The notes: a model not told the origin generated them from the letters alone. A stretch of DNA of 64,000 nucleotides from a bacterium (GCA_030431515.1 JAUIIX010000008.1:13071-77070); one strand, 5' to 3'. Positions 20,088 through 30,798 are shown, counted from the first letter of the stretch. Program-made: numbers and translations.

Positions 20088-21095
20088 TTGAATAATCCAA
20101 AAAAAATACTTGTAATACAGACTGCATTTATTGGAGATTTAATAATGACTACATCATTATTTCCTGCAATTAAAGATATTTATCCAGATGCAGAAATCCA
20201 TACTTTGACAATACCACCAGCAGAAGTACTATTAAGAAATAACCCTTTTATATCTAAGAGATTTGTATTTGATAAAAAGAATTCATTTTTTACAAAAGTC
20301 AAGTCTTTTTTCTCATTAGTATTCAAACTTAGAAAAGAAAAGTATCATATTGGTATGTCTGTTCAGCATTATTTAACAAATGCTCTTCTGATGAAGTTTT
20401 CAAATATTAAATTGAAAATTGGAAGAACTAAAATGAGATTTGTAGATGAAAAAGTTTATTTTCCTAACAAAATTCATAATAGATTACGTGTATTAACTTT
20501 ACTCGAACCTCTTTCTAAAAATGTAAGACAACACGATACACATATTTATATTGACTCAGAAAGCGAAGATAGAATTAAAAGCCAACTTCAAACTAAAGAT
20601 AAAAATATCTGTATCGCACCTGGTTCTGTTTGGCACACTAAAAAACTTCCAAAATATAAATTTATTGAAATAATTAAACTTCTAAAAGATTACAACATTT
20701 ATTTAATTGGTTCTCCACAAGAAACTGAACTATGTAATGAAATAATGCAAGAAGCAAATCATCCAAGTATTTACAATTTTGCTGGTAAATTAAACTTATT
20801 AGAATCATCAGCTTTAGTAAAGAATATGGATTTAATGCTATGCAACGATTCGGCACCTCTACACATAGCAAACGCAGTAGAAACAACTGTATTTGCTTTC
20901 TTTGGTCCAACAATTAAAGATTTTGCTTGTTTCCCTTATCGAGAACAAGACAAAATAATTGAAATAGATTTAGATTGCAGACCTTGTGGGAAACACGGAG
21001 CAAAATCATGTCCACTCAAACATCATAATTGTATGGAAATGATAGATGTTAAAAGTGTTGTAAATTCTGTCAATACATTCTTTTTACAAAGGTAA
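20088..21095 (+). CDS. glycosyltransferase family 9 (ADP-heptose:LPS heptosyltransferase-like)
   Basis: N-terminus KILVIQTAFIGDLIMTTSLFPAIK typical of RfaF/WaaC/WaaQ. Conserved C-terminal GSxQ..L..L region (LIGSPQETELCNEI ... LCNDSAPLHIANA). Confidence 0.75.
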   Translation: MNNPKKILVIQTAFIGDLIMTTSLFPAIKDIYPDAEIHTLTIPPAEVLLRNNPFISKRFVFDKKNSFFTKVKSFFSLVFKLRKEKYHIGMSVQHYLTNALLMKFSNIKLKIGRTKMRFVDEKVYFPNKIHNRLRVLTLLEPLSKNVRQHDTHIYIDSESEDRIKSQLQTKDKNICIAPGSVWHTKKLPKYKFIEIIKLLKDYNIYLIGSPQETELCNEIMQEANHPSIYNFAGKLNLLESSALVKNMDLMLCNDSAPLHIANAVETTVFAFFGPTIKDFACFPYREQDKIIEIDLDCRPCGKHGAKSCPLKHHNCMEMIDVKSVVNSVNTFFLQR

Positions 21096-21098
21096 GAA

Positions 21099-22136
21099 AT
21101 GGTATTCTCAGAATTAATATTAAAAATACCTTATTCTATTGCTTGGAGAATTATTAATACCTTCCGTAAAAAAAAGGAAATATCATTCTATTGCGACAAT
21201 GAACTTGATTATATTGTATTCAAAAACATTCATAAACATCTTAATAATATTACATTTATAGCAAAAAACAAGAAAGTACAAGAAGACTTAAAAAAATATA
21301 ATATAGAGTCAAAATTATATCCTCAATTTCCTAATGTATTGATAATAGCTCGAGTATCATTACATAAATTCCCAGAAAAAAGAATAATCAAAATCGGAAT
21401 GCAACACGGAGTTTACCATTTCAAAAACTTTATATCTGCTAAAAAATATAATAGATTTGACTTATATTTCTTATCCTCAAAATATGAAATAGAAGAAGCA
21501 AAAAAACACGGAATGAAGAACTTAGTTTCAACTTCATACCCAAAAGTAGATGATTTTTTTGATAAAGAAAAGATTGAAGAATTTGAAAAGTGTAAATCAA
21601 AATTTAATAACAAGCCAATTCTACTATTTACAGCAACGTGGGATAAATCAGGATTATCAGCAGTTGAAAAGTGGTATGATAAACTTAATCTACTAAAAAA
21701 TGAATATCACATATTTGTAACATTACATCCTTGGATTAGCGAAGAATTTAAATCAAAAATTCAATCAACACAAGGAATACACTTTATAACAGATTCTGAC
21801 ATCGCCAAATATTTATACATTTCAGATTATTTGATAGGAGATACAAGTTCAATAATAGGGGAGTATCTTGCTCTTCAAAAACCTATAATAACTTTCAAAA
21901 TCAATACACAAGGTCGATTAACCCAAAATATAGTAGATATGATAAAAGATATATCGTATCAAATAGACACATTCGAAGAAATAACTCCAACAATCAAAAA
22001 AATTAATAATTCCGGTGATATTAAAAAAGAAACATATACCAAATACATTGAAAAACTCTACGACCTACCGCTCGGCAATGGAGGCAAACAAAGAGCTGAA
22101 ATAATTAGAGAGTTTATTGAGGGAAAGGGGTTTTGA
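21099..22136 (+). CDS. CDP-glycerol glycerophosphotransferase (TagB/TagF)-like protein
   Basis: Co-linear TagF-family motifs ILLFTATWDKSG ... VTLHPWI ... LIGDTSSIIGEYLALQKPII. 3 bp after GT9 gene. Confidence 0.45.
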   Translation: MVFSELILKIPYSIAWRIINTFRKKKEISFYCDNELDYIVFKNIHKHLNNITFIAKNKKVQEDLKKYNIESKLYPQFPNVLIIARVSLHKFPEKRIIKIGMQHGVYHFKNFISAKKYNRFDLYFLSSKYEIEEAKKHGMKNLVSTSYPKVDDFFDKEKIEEFEKCKSKFNNKPILLFTATWDKSGLSAVEKWYDKLNLLKNEYHIFVTLHPWISEEFKSKIQSTQGIHFITDSDIAKYLYISDYLIGDTSSIIGEYLALQKPIITFKINTQGRLTQNIVDMIKDISYQIDTFEEITPTIKKINNSGDIKKETYTKYIEKLYDLPLGNGGKQRAEIIREFIEGKGF

Positions 22137-22137
22137 A

Positions 22138-23592
22138 TTAATTATTAATACTCTCCATAGTATTAATTATTTTTTGATTATAGAAATTTATACTATCTTT
22201 ATTAATTGGTTTATTCGATTTTAATGTGTTTTGAATATATTTTAAGATTTTTATTCTTAATTCTACATATTCTTTTAATTTAATGTTAAGGTTTTCTATG
22301 TTTTCAGGTAGACTTAAATCTTCAAGTTCATTTAATATATTTAAACATTTATTCCAATTGCTGAGTCCTATTTGTTCTATTGCCAATTCAAACTGATTTT
22401 CGGGAATATCATTTATCGACAATGCTATTTGTTCTAATTTGCTAAATTCTTCAGTTTTTTTGAAGTAAATAGCCATATCAGAAGTAGTAGTACTAAAAAC
22501 ATATATTGTTGAAAAAGTAAGAACAACTAAAGAAAAAACAAAAGAGAAGTATTGAAGAACTTTTTTATTAGAATTAATTATTGCAGGATAAAATATATAA
22601 CCAAAAAATATTCCGCTTAATAAGCCTCCAATATGTGCCGCATTATCTATATTACTATTTATCCCATTAGATAAATTTATAAATACAAAAATCAACATAC
22701 TCTTAAACATTGTTTTTCTAGCGTTTTTTTCAATTAGACTGGTAGTTAGTAATGCAATAAAAACACCGTAAATTCCAAATATAGAGCCAGATGCACCAGC
22801 ACTTACTATATTCTCATTCCACCACAAACTAGATAAACTTGCAATTATACCTGTAACTAAATACAATGAAATAAATTTTATTCTTCCGAGTAATGGTTCT
22901 AAATGTATTCCAATATAAATTAAAGCAAACAAATTAACAAATAAATGGAAAATTCCTATATGTATAAAGTTTGATGTTATAAGTCTCCACCACTCTCCAT
23001 CTAAAGTTTTAGGGCGATAATTTGCACCACTATTTAATAAATCTTGTATTTCAGGTTGAAAGATACTAACTCCACTAAGTACCATAATGATAAAAATTAA
23101 TAGATTCAAATATAAAAGTATTGGAGTTACATAATAATCATCTTTTGGAATAAATAATGATGATAAATTATTGTCATTTTCTAAAATTAATGTATCTGAG
23201 TTAGATATTAAATCAGTTTCATATAATACAAATTCATTATTTAATTCTTTGTATATTTCGACATATTCTTCTTCGTCAAATGTTGGCATTATTTCATTAA
23301 ACTTGTTAATAAAATTATTAATATTTCTGTTATTCTTGCCATAGTCAAATAATTGCATCCCCAAACTTTTACTAAATATATTTACATATTCATTCGTTAT
23401 TACAATCCTAATCTCTTCTCCGAGAGATGTTATTGATGATTTAGAATTAGCGATTATTCCATTAGGACTTATGAATTGCAATTTCCAATTTAACTCTTCA
23501 ACAACTTCACTTGCTATAACTAAGTATTGTTCTTTTGTTAATTCTCCTAAAGATAGACTTTGTGAAGAATTTGGTATTAATTTTAATGACAT
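22138..23592 (-). CDS. rhomboid-family intramembrane serine protease with ~150-aa N-terminal domain and C-terminal extension
   Basis: Catalytic GASGSIFG (Ser) and AHIGGLLSG (His) in TM helices. 6-7 TM core. Confidence 0.75.
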   Translation of the reverse strand: MSLKLIPNSSQSLSLGELTKEQYLVIASEVVEELNWKLQFISPNGIIANSKSSITSLGEEIRIVITNEYVNIFSKSLGMQLFDYGKNNRNINNFINKFNEIMPTFDEEEYVEIYKELNNEFVLYETDLISNSDTLILENDNNLSSLFIPKDDYYVTPILLYLNLLIFIIMVLSGVSIFQPEIQDLLNSGANYRPKTLDGEWWRLITSNFIHIGIFHLFVNLFALIYIGIHLEPLLGRIKFISLYLVTGIIASLSSLWWNENIVSAGASGSIFGIYGVFIALLTTSLIEKNARKTMFKSMLIFVFINLSNGINSNIDNAAHIGGLLSGIFFGYIFYPAIINSNKKVLQYFSFVFSLVVLTFSTIYVFSTTTSDMAIYFKKTEEFSKLEQIALSINDIPENQFELAIEQIGLSNWNKCLNILNELEDLSLPENIENLNIKLKEYVELRIKILKYIQNTLKSNKPINKDSINFYNQKIINTMESINN

Positions 23593-23622
23593 ATTGTATT
23601 GTTTTTATTCATGAAAACAAAT

Positions 23623-24591
23623 TTATCTACACTTCTTCAAAACCACTTTAATCTTCTCGACTATTTCTTGATTTGGCAAATCATTATTACCCAAAATTGC
23701 TAAGGAAAAGTTTTCAGCCATAATTTCTTCAGGGTTAATAATATATTGAGTATTCATTCCGACTTGCTCAAAAAAACCAGAAACTTGGTTGATTTCATAT
23801 ATAACAGCTTTATTATCGACATAATCAATAGTTTTAACTTCTTCACCAACTAAACTTAAAAACCCTATATTCACATAATTAAAGAATACACCACCATCAT
23901 AATCCCTTTTTGAATACATTATCATCATACAATCTACACTTTGCTCACCAACCTTTAAACTAATATAACTATCGGTTTGAGTAGCATCAGGATTAGAAAT
24001 TCTATATTGTTTAATACTTTCAGGATAATCAACACTTTCCATAATTCTAAAACCAATAAGACTATACATTTCTTTTCTAAATTCTGGGTTTTTACGAGAT
24101 AAAACATGAAATAACTCATGCAAAACTAAATGAGTTAAATCAACTTGCTTGCTATAAATAGCATCATCTTTTAGTACAATATAATTTGCTCTTGTAAAAC
24201 CAAAAGCACCACCTTCATCTTTGGCAGTAGTTTTTACAATATAGATTTCATCAGGAAAATCAATATTAAATCCATTCTTTTTAATTAGTTTATCAATATT
24301 GTCAAAAATAGAATCTAAAGTATTTTTCTCAGAAGATGTCCATTCTCGAGTTTGCTTCTTTATAAACTCAAATAATTCTGCTTTACTACTATTTTTCTTT
24401 TGCATTCTTGAATCAATATCAAATTGACTCCAGTTTTTAGTGTAATCATCTTCTTGCATCAAAAGTTGATTTCCTTTTTCAACAGAAGTATATTTTACTT
24501 TTTCTTTTAATGACCCGTTACATAATAATGAACTAGTAAAAGTGCCTATTAATAATCCTACTATTAAAAATATTTTCATTTTATTTCTCAA
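23623..24591 (-). CDS. secreted HExxH zinc metallopeptidase-like protein, hypothetical
   Basis: Signal peptide (MKIFLIVGLLIGTFTSS). HELFH motif (LVLHELFHVLS). Confidence 0.4.
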   Translation of the reverse strand: MRNKMKIFLIVGLLIGTFTSSLLCNGSLKEKVKYTSVEKGNQLLMQEDDYTKNWSQFDIDSRMQKKNSSKAELFEFIKKQTREWTSSEKNTLDSIFDNIDKLIKKNGFNIDFPDEIYIVKTTAKDEGGAFGFTRANYIVLKDDAIYSKQVDLTHLVLHELFHVLSRKNPEFRKEMYSLIGFRIMESVDYPESIKQYRISNPDATQTDSYISLKVGEQSVDCMMIMYSKRDYDGGVFFNYVNIGFLSLVGEEVKTIDYVDNKAVIYEINQVSGFFEQVGMNTQYIINPEEIMAENFSLAILGNNDLPNQEIVEKIKVVLKKCR

Positions 24592-25271
24592 TTACTTAAA
24601 TTTTATTTATCTTTTTTACTAATATCTATAATTTCAAAAATATAAAAATAAATTTTAAATTAACCGAATAATTTAGAAATGAATAAAAATCTAATATCAC
24701 ATTTTATAATTTTATTATAATAAAACTTAGTAAAAAGCACTTTCTCGAAACATAATGTTCCACGAATTGAAAAAATGCTTGTTTTTTTCAAAAATATATC
24801 TTAATTTTACCAAAACACAAATACAAAAAAGATAATTTATTATAAATAAAGGTCTTATTCGTCTTAATTGATATTCTCAATTTTTAGATATTAAGTAACT
24901 ATTCTAAGTCACAATTAAAATTTTGTTGAATTACTTGTTAGAACTTAGTGTTTCAAGCTTAAAATAAATTTCTTTTTTTTACTTACATCATTCTAATTTT
25001 TTTATTCAAATAATTGTTAATAACTAATGACAAAGTGCAGAAAAAGTTCTTTGATTAAAAAAAATAATTTGGTTTTTTAGTACCCTATATTAGAACAAAT
25101 TTTCAAAAAGTTTATTATTTATTGGTCTAAAAAACTAATTAAAATGCTTTTTTCTACTAAACTAATTAGATTAGAAAGCGTTAGGGAATTTGTCTCTTTT
25201 ATCGAACTTAAAACACTTTTTTTATTAAAAGCAAGAAAAAAAAATAATTATTTAAAATATTTGGAGCCACG

Positions 25272-28200
25272 ATGAAAATTTCGAGAAAATTTACCAAAGA
25301 AGGTACTAGCCCGTACCAACAATTCACATATACAAAAAGAACTTCAGTATTAAAAAATGCTGATGGATCAACTGTATTCGAACTTAAAGATGTTGAAGTA
25401 CCAAGCCAATGGTCTCAAATCGCAACTGATGTACTTGCCCAAAAGTATTTCAGGAAAACTGGTGTTCCTCAATTCGATAAAGACGGAAAAAAAATCTTAG
25501 ACGAAAATGGAAACCAAGTTCTTGGTAGTGAAAACTCAATCAAACAAGTAGTGCATAGATTAGCTGGTACTTGGAGGCATTGGGGAGAAAAAAACAACTA
25601 CTTTACAAGTAAAGATGACGCTCAAATATTTTATGATGAAATTGCTTATATGTTATTAAACCAAATGTGTGCTCCAAATTCACCTCAATGGTTTAACACA
25701 GGTCTTAACTGGGCTTATGGTATCACTGGCTCCAAACAAGGTCACTATTATGTTGACCAAGATACTGGTAAATTACAAAAATCGAAAGATGCATACTCAC
25801 GCCCTCAACCTCATGCTTGTTTTATCCAATCAGTAAGCGATGATATGCTTAACGATGGTGGAATTTTTGACCTTGCTACTCGTGAAGCTAGAATATTCAA
25901 ATTCGGGTCAGGAACTGGTTCGAACTTCTCTCAATTAAGAGGAAAAGGCGAAAAATTATCTGGTGGTGGTGTTTCTTCTGGACTTATGAGCTTCCTAAAA
26001 ATATTTGATAGAGCCGCTGGTGCTATCAAATCTGGAGGTACTACTCGTCGTGCTGCTAAAATGGTAGTAGTTGACATTGACCATCCGGATGTTGAAGAAT
26101 TTATAACTTGGAAAGCTCGAGAAGAAGAAAAAGTTGCTGCCTTAGTAGCTGGCTCAAAAGTTAGTGCAAAGTTCTTACAAGCAATTTTGGAAGAAGCGGT
26201 TAATAATAGTTCTGATATTCAGAAAAATGGTAATTTAAAACTTCTTGTTCAAAAAGCACTAAATAGGGGAGTTCCTCTTAATTATATAGATAGAACTTTA
26301 GATTTAGTGGAGCAAGGTTTCACTTCTATTGATTTCGAAACATTTGATACCCACTATGAAAGTGAAGCATATAATACAGTGTCAGGTCAAAATGCAAATA
26401 ACTCTGTTAGAGTTACAAATGACTTTATGCGTGCTGTAGAAAATGATGAAATGTGGGAGTTAAGATTTAGAACTGATGGTTCTGTTTGCAGACAAGTAAG
26501 AGCAAGAGAATTATGGGATAAAATTAATTTATCTGCATGGAAATCGGCTGACCCTGGTTTACAATTTGACTCTACTATTAACGAATGGCATACTTGTCCT
26601 AATTCTGGTAGAATCAACGCTTCAAATCCTTGTTCAGAATATATGTTCTTAGATGATACTGCATGTAATTTAGCGAGTTTGAATTTAATTAAATTTTATG
26701 ATGATGAGACTGACCAATTTTTAGTAGAAGATTATAGACATGGTGTTAGATTATGGACTATAGTTCTTGAAATTTCAGTATTAATGGCTCAATTCCCTTC
26801 TAAAAATGTTGCAGAATTAAGTTACCAATTTAGAACACTTGGATTAGGTTATGCTAATTTAGGTTCTTTATTAATGGTTAATGGTATTCCTTACGATTCT
26901 AAAGAAGCTCTTTCTATCACAGGTGCTTTAACTTCAATACTTTGTGGTGAATCTTATGCAACATCTGCTGAAATGGCTGGCGAACTTGGTGCTTTCCCTA
27001 AATATGATTTAAACAAAGAACCTATGTTACGAGTTATTAGAAATCATAGAAGAGCTGCTTATAATGCAAAGCCACATGAATACGAGGGTTTAACTATTAG
27101 ACCAATGGGAATTAATCCACTTTACACACCTAATAATATGTTATCTGCTGCCCAAGAAGTTTGGGATAATGCTTTGGCTTTAGGTGAGAAAAATGGATAT
27201 AGAAATGCACAAGTAACTGTAATTGCACCAACTGGAACAATTGGGCTTGTTATGGATTGTGATACAACTGGTATCGAGCCAGATTTTGCAATCATTAAAT
27301 ACAAAAAACTTTCGGGTGGTGGTTACTTCAAAATTGTAAACCAATCTGTTAGAAAAGCATTAGTTAAATTAAACTACACTGAAAGACAAATAGAAGAGAT
27401 AGAGAAATACTCAAAAGGTCATGGAACTTTAATAGGTTGCCCAGGCATTAATAAAAAATCTTTAAAAGATAAGGGCTTTACAGACGAAAAACTTGAAGCA
27501 ATTGAAAAACAACTTGATGATGTATTTGATATTACATTTGCATTCAACAAATGGTCATTGGGAGAAGATTTCTTAAAAGAATTAAACATTTCTTCTGATG
27601 TGTATAATGCACCTCACTTTAATTTATTGAGAGAAATTGGATTCACAGACGACCAAATTGATGCAGCAAATGACTACATCTGCGGAACAATGATGTTAGA
27701 AAATGCTCCTCACCTTAAAGATTACCACTTACCAATCTTTGATTGTGCTAATAAATGTGGTAAAAAAGGAAAGCGATTCATTGATTATATGGCTCACGTT
27801 AGAATAATGGCTGCAGCACAACCATTTATTTCTGGTGCAATTTCAAAAACTGTAAATATGCCAGCAAACGCTTCTGTTTCAGAAGTTGGTGATGTTTATA
27901 TGAAGTCATGGAAATATATGTTAAAAGCAAATGCTTTATACAGAGATGGATCTAAATTATCACAACCATTAAATTCAGCTAATTATGATGGATTAGAAGA
28001 AGTAATTGCACTTAGTGATGAAGAAACAATTGGAGACTTAGTAGATTCAAAAGAAATCCACAAAGTTATTGAAGATAAAATCGAAGCTAAACGCAGAAGA
28101 CTACCTAAAAGAAGAAAAGGAATTATTAGAGAAGCAACTGTAGGCGGACACAAAGTTTATGTAAGAACAGGCGAATACGAAGATGGAGCATTAGGCGAAA

Positions 28201-28796
28201 TCTTTATTGATATGTACAAAGAAGGTGCAGCATTCAGAGGACTTTTAAATAGTTTTGCAGTATTAACCTCAAAAGCATTACAATACGGAATTCCACTTGA
28301 TGAACTTGTTGATTCATTTACATTTACAAGATTTGAACCAGCAGGAATGGTACAAGGTCACGAAGCAATTAAAAATTCAACTTCAATATTAGACTACGTA
28401 TTCAGAACACTTGGATATGATTATTTAGATAGACAAGATTTTGTTCATGTAACAGCTATAGATGAAGTTTCTGGAACTCCTTTAGAATCAGAAAATAATA
28501 ACAGAACTGAAGAAATTGAAGCTACAAAAATCGAGATTGATGACACTCCACAAAGGGACGAAAGAGATATAATAAGTATCACTAAAAATCAATCTGATTT
28601 AAACTTAGAACCAGTGGCTACAACGAATATTGGCGGTGTATCTGTAGGAAATAAAACTCAATTAAAAGTAGCAGACCCAATGAAAGCATTAGGTTATACA
28701 GGCGAAACTTGTGGCTCATGCGGTTCACTAAGAGTAAAACGAAACGGAAGTTGCACAGTATGTGAATCATGCGGTGGAACAAGCGGCTGCTCGTAA
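25272..28796 (+). CDS. nrdJ: adenosylcobalamin-dependent (class II) ribonucleoside-diphosphate reductase
   Basis: 1174 aa. N-terminal MKISRKFTKEGTSPYQQFTYTKRTS, NPCSEY active-site region, C-terminal Cys-rich redox/Zn tail (CGSCGSLRVKRNGSCTVCESCGG) typical of NrdJ. Confidence 0.9.
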   Translation: MKISRKFTKEGTSPYQQFTYTKRTSVLKNADGSTVFELKDVEVPSQWSQIATDVLAQKYFRKTGVPQFDKDGKKILDENGNQVLGSENSIKQVVHRLAGTWRHWGEKNNYFTSKDDAQIFYDEIAYMLLNQMCAPNSPQWFNTGLNWAYGITGSKQGHYYVDQDTGKLQKSKDAYSRPQPHACFIQSVSDDMLNDGGIFDLATREARIFKFGSGTGSNFSQLRGKGEKLSGGGVSSGLMSFLKIFDRAAGAIKSGGTTRRAAKMVVVDIDHPDVEEFITWKAREEEKVAALVAGSKVSAKFLQAILEEAVNNSSDIQKNGNLKLLVQKALNRGVPLNYIDRTLDLVEQGFTSIDFETFDTHYESEAYNTVSGQNANNSVRVTNDFMRAVENDEMWELRFRTDGSVCRQVRARELWDKINLSAWKSADPGLQFDSTINEWHTCPNSGRINASNPCSEYMFLDDTACNLASLNLIKFYDDETDQFLVEDYRHGVRLWTIVLEISVLMAQFPSKNVAELSYQFRTLGLGYANLGSLLMVNGIPYDSKEALSITGALTSILCGESYATSAEMAGELGAFPKYDLNKEPMLRVIRNHRRAAYNAKPHEYEGLTIRPMGINPLYTPNNMLSAAQEVWDNALALGEKNGYRNAQVTVIAPTGTIGLVMDCDTTGIEPDFAIIKYKKLSGGGYFKIVNQSVRKALVKLNYTERQIEEIEKYSKGHGTLIGCPGINKKSLKDKGFTDEKLEAIEKQLDDVFDITFAFNKWSLGEDFLKELNISSDVYNAPHFNLLREIGFTDDQIDAANDYICGTMMLENAPHLKDYHLPIFDCANKCGKKGKRFIDYMAHVRIMAAAQPFISGAISKTVNMPANASVSEVGDVYMKSWKYMLKANALYRDGSKLSQPLNSANYDGLEEVIALSDEETIGDLVDSKEIHKVIEDKIEAKRRRLPKRRKGIIREATVGGHKVYVRTGEYEDGALGEIFIDMYKEGAAFRGLLNSFAVLTSKALQYGIPLDELVDSFTFTRFEPAGMVQGHEAIKNSTSILDYVFRTLGYDYLDRQDFVHVTAIDEVSGTPLESENNNRTEEIEATKIEIDDTPQRDERDIISITKNQSDLNLEPVATTNIGGVSVGNKTQLKVADPMKALGYTGETCGSCGSLRVKRNGSCTVCESCGGTSGCS

Positions 28797-28821
28797 CAAT
28801 TCTTAAATATTATAGTTAATT

Positions 28822-28855
28822 AAAAAATCCAACTTGAAAGAGTTGGATTTTTTTT
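28822..28855. terminator. bidirectional rho-independent terminator between convergent nrdJ and CoiA-like gene
   Basis: Perfect 10-bp stem AAATCCAACT/AGTTGGATTT with loop tgaaag, flanked by A-run and T-run. Confidence 0.65.
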
Positions 28856-28877
28856 GTTTAGAAATGTTTTTAAAAGC

Positions 28878-29831
28878 TTAATTTTTTAATAGAAGTATAT
28901 CACAATGTTGACAATGAAAACCAATGTCGTATGATTCAGATGGAATTTCACCATATTCAGCAGGAGTAATATATTCAGAAATAATATGAAAATCACCAAC
29001 AAAAGAACCACAATTTCTGCATGTATTAGCTAAATATTTACATTCCATAGTACTACTATAATGCACTTTTAACAAAACACCTTTAGATCTTGCAAATTCA
29101 ATTTCTTGATTTGAAAAATATTTTGGAGAGGAATTCATATAACTTTTGAAAGTTGATGCAATTTTCATTGTATTTTTACATCTCCAACATTCACCATCAA
29201 TTATTTTCATTTGAGATTTGAGTTTATAATTTCCACAAGTTTTGCATTTTGGATTAAAACAAATATCGACCAAGTCAGGATTAGAAATCTTTTCTTCAAG
29301 TAACTCAATATCTTTATGAGAAGTTAAATTAATTTGTATTAGAATTATATTATTTTCTTTATAATAGTTTAAAACTTCCTGTTCTGGTTTGTGAGTTACA
29401 ACCACTTCAAAAACAGCAATGGTTTTATTATCATTATCTAATAATGTTAAATCTGGTTGACAAACTTTTAAATTATGTTCAAGCTTTACAGAGGTTACTT
29501 TTTTAAGTAAATTACCTTTATGATTATCATTACAATATTTGCAGTGCCATGAAATATTAATTGGCAATTTTAAGTTTATTTTTCCATCAATTTCTTTAAA
29601 TAATAAATTTTTAAAGGAAAAATGTAATGCTGATTCTGGAGTACAATTTGGAGTTAAATTATTGTGTGCAAAATGAGGTCTTTTAGAACCTTTTCCTGTA
29701 TTGCCACTTTTACGAAGTATTAACTTTTCTTTACAAATTGGACAATAAAAATCATTGCCTTTTTCAGCGTCTATTGCTTGAATAAATTGTCCATCTTTTT
29801 TTGTGGCAACAGTGTATAGTAGTTTTGTCAT
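28878..29831 (-). CDS. CoiA-like competence/nuclease family protein with extra C-terminal zinc-ribbon-rich region
   Basis: N-terminal CoiA signature (FYCPICKEKLILRKSG...RPHFAH). PD-(D/E)xK-like core (CQPDLTLL...IAVFEVVVTHKPEQE). At least 5 additional CxxC pairs C-terminally. Confidence 0.5.
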   Translation of the reverse strand: MTKLLYTVATKKDGQFIQAIDAEKGNDFYCPICKEKLILRKSGNTGKGSKRPHFAHNNLTPNCTPESALHFSFKNLLFKEIDGKINLKLPINISWHCKYCNDNHKGNLLKKVTSVKLEHNLKVCQPDLTLLDNDNKTIAVFEVVVTHKPEQEVLNYYKENNIILIQINLTSHKDIELLEEKISNPDLVDICFNPKCKTCGNYKLKSQMKIIDGECWRCKNTMKIASTFKSYMNSSPKYFSNQEIEFARSKGVLLKVHYSSTMECKYLANTCRNCGSFVGDFHIISEYITPAEYGEIPSESYDIGFHCQHCDILLLKN

Positions 29832-29855
29832 ATTATACCAATATTTAAGTTTTTC

Positions 29856-30179
29856 TCATACCCTCTTATAAAATAATTTACCAACTCTTTGAATATGATC
29901 TAAAAGTTGTTTGTTCTTGATTTTTTCAAGGATTTGTAAATCAACTAAAAAAGGAATGTCACTATTATCAATTTGATATTTAATTTTACCTAAACTTTGC
30001 CTATCTAATTTACTATTCTTTATAACTAAATCAATGTCACTTCTCGAATGATGAGTATCTTTAGCACGTGAACCATACAATATAACTTCATTAACTTCTT
30101 CAAAATCATTAAAAATGCTTGCTAAAGTATTGATAATATTCTCATTTAATGTTAAATTATTATTCATATTAAGATTCAT
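29856..30179 (-). CDS. minimal nucleotidyltransferase (MNT, HI0073-type) antitoxin
   Basis: Pol-beta NTase motif ILYGSRAKDTHHSRSDIDLVI. Overlaps HEPN gene by 11 bp. Confidence 0.8.
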   Translation of the reverse strand: MNLNMNNNLTLNENIINTLASIFNDFEEVNEVILYGSRAKDTHHSRSDIDLVIKNSKLDRQSLGKIKYQIDNSDIPFLVDLQILEKIKNKQLLDHIQRVGKLFYKRV

Positions 30180-30573
30180 TTAAAGAGTAATACAAAGCCA
30201 ATAAAAGAGGAGTATACTTTTTTTGAATATCAGGAACAATCTCCATAATTACATCCGAATCATAAGTATGGCTTAATAAGTTGCGGTCATTTATCATTTC
30301 AAGCCATAATTCAATATCATCAACATACTTATTTTTAAATGCTTCTTTTAAAACCATTTTAGGAGATATTTTATTCAAAATCAGTCCATCAAACTCCATT
30401 TTATCTTTAAGAGTTTTCCAAGCCAATTCAAGAGTAAATTCAAAACGCTGAATAACACCTTCCTTTTCCAAAAAAGAAAGTCTTTCTAAATCCAAATCAG
30501 GAATTTCTTCTAAAAGAAAGATTGCTTTTTGAAAATTAGACAATTGTTGTTTCCATCTAATATCTTGTTTCAT
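30169..30573 (-). CDS. HEPN-domain protein (HI0074-type nucleotidyltransferase substrate-binding protein), toxin of HEPN/MNT pair
   Basis: RW...FQKA...QRFEFTLELAWKTLKD ... Rx4-6H motif (DRNLLSHTY). Confidence 0.8.
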   Translation of the reverse strand: MKQDIRWKQQLSNFQKAIFLLEEIPDLDLERLSFLEKEGVIQRFEFTLELAWKTLKDKMEFDGLILNKISPKMVLKEAFKNKYVDDIELWLEMINDRNLLSHTYDSDVIMEIVPDIQKKYTPLLLALYYSLNES

Positions 30574-30798
30574 CTATATTTATAAAATTTAATTATTTAG
30601 ACGAAACAAAATAAAATATATTATTTAGTAACTTAATCTCATATTCAATGCTATATTCATTTATTTTCAACATAATTTTAAAATAAAATTAGTTTTAATT
30701 CCTTTATATATTAAATAAGAATATTAATTTTGAATTTATAAATAAAATTAATTTATATTAAAGTCCAATCTTAAAAAAAAGAAAAAACACCGTTTTTA

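Noticed and set aside
20674-21613. Antisense ORFs 20674..20913 and 21413..21613
   Set aside because: Inside the GT9 and TagF-like genes.
24592-25271. Possible cobalamin riboswitch upstream of nrdJ
   Set aside because: No B12-box or conserved GC-rich riboswitch core is visible. The region is almost pure A/T.
26387-27304. Antisense ORFs inside nrdJ
   Set aside because: Embedded in a high-confidence CDS.
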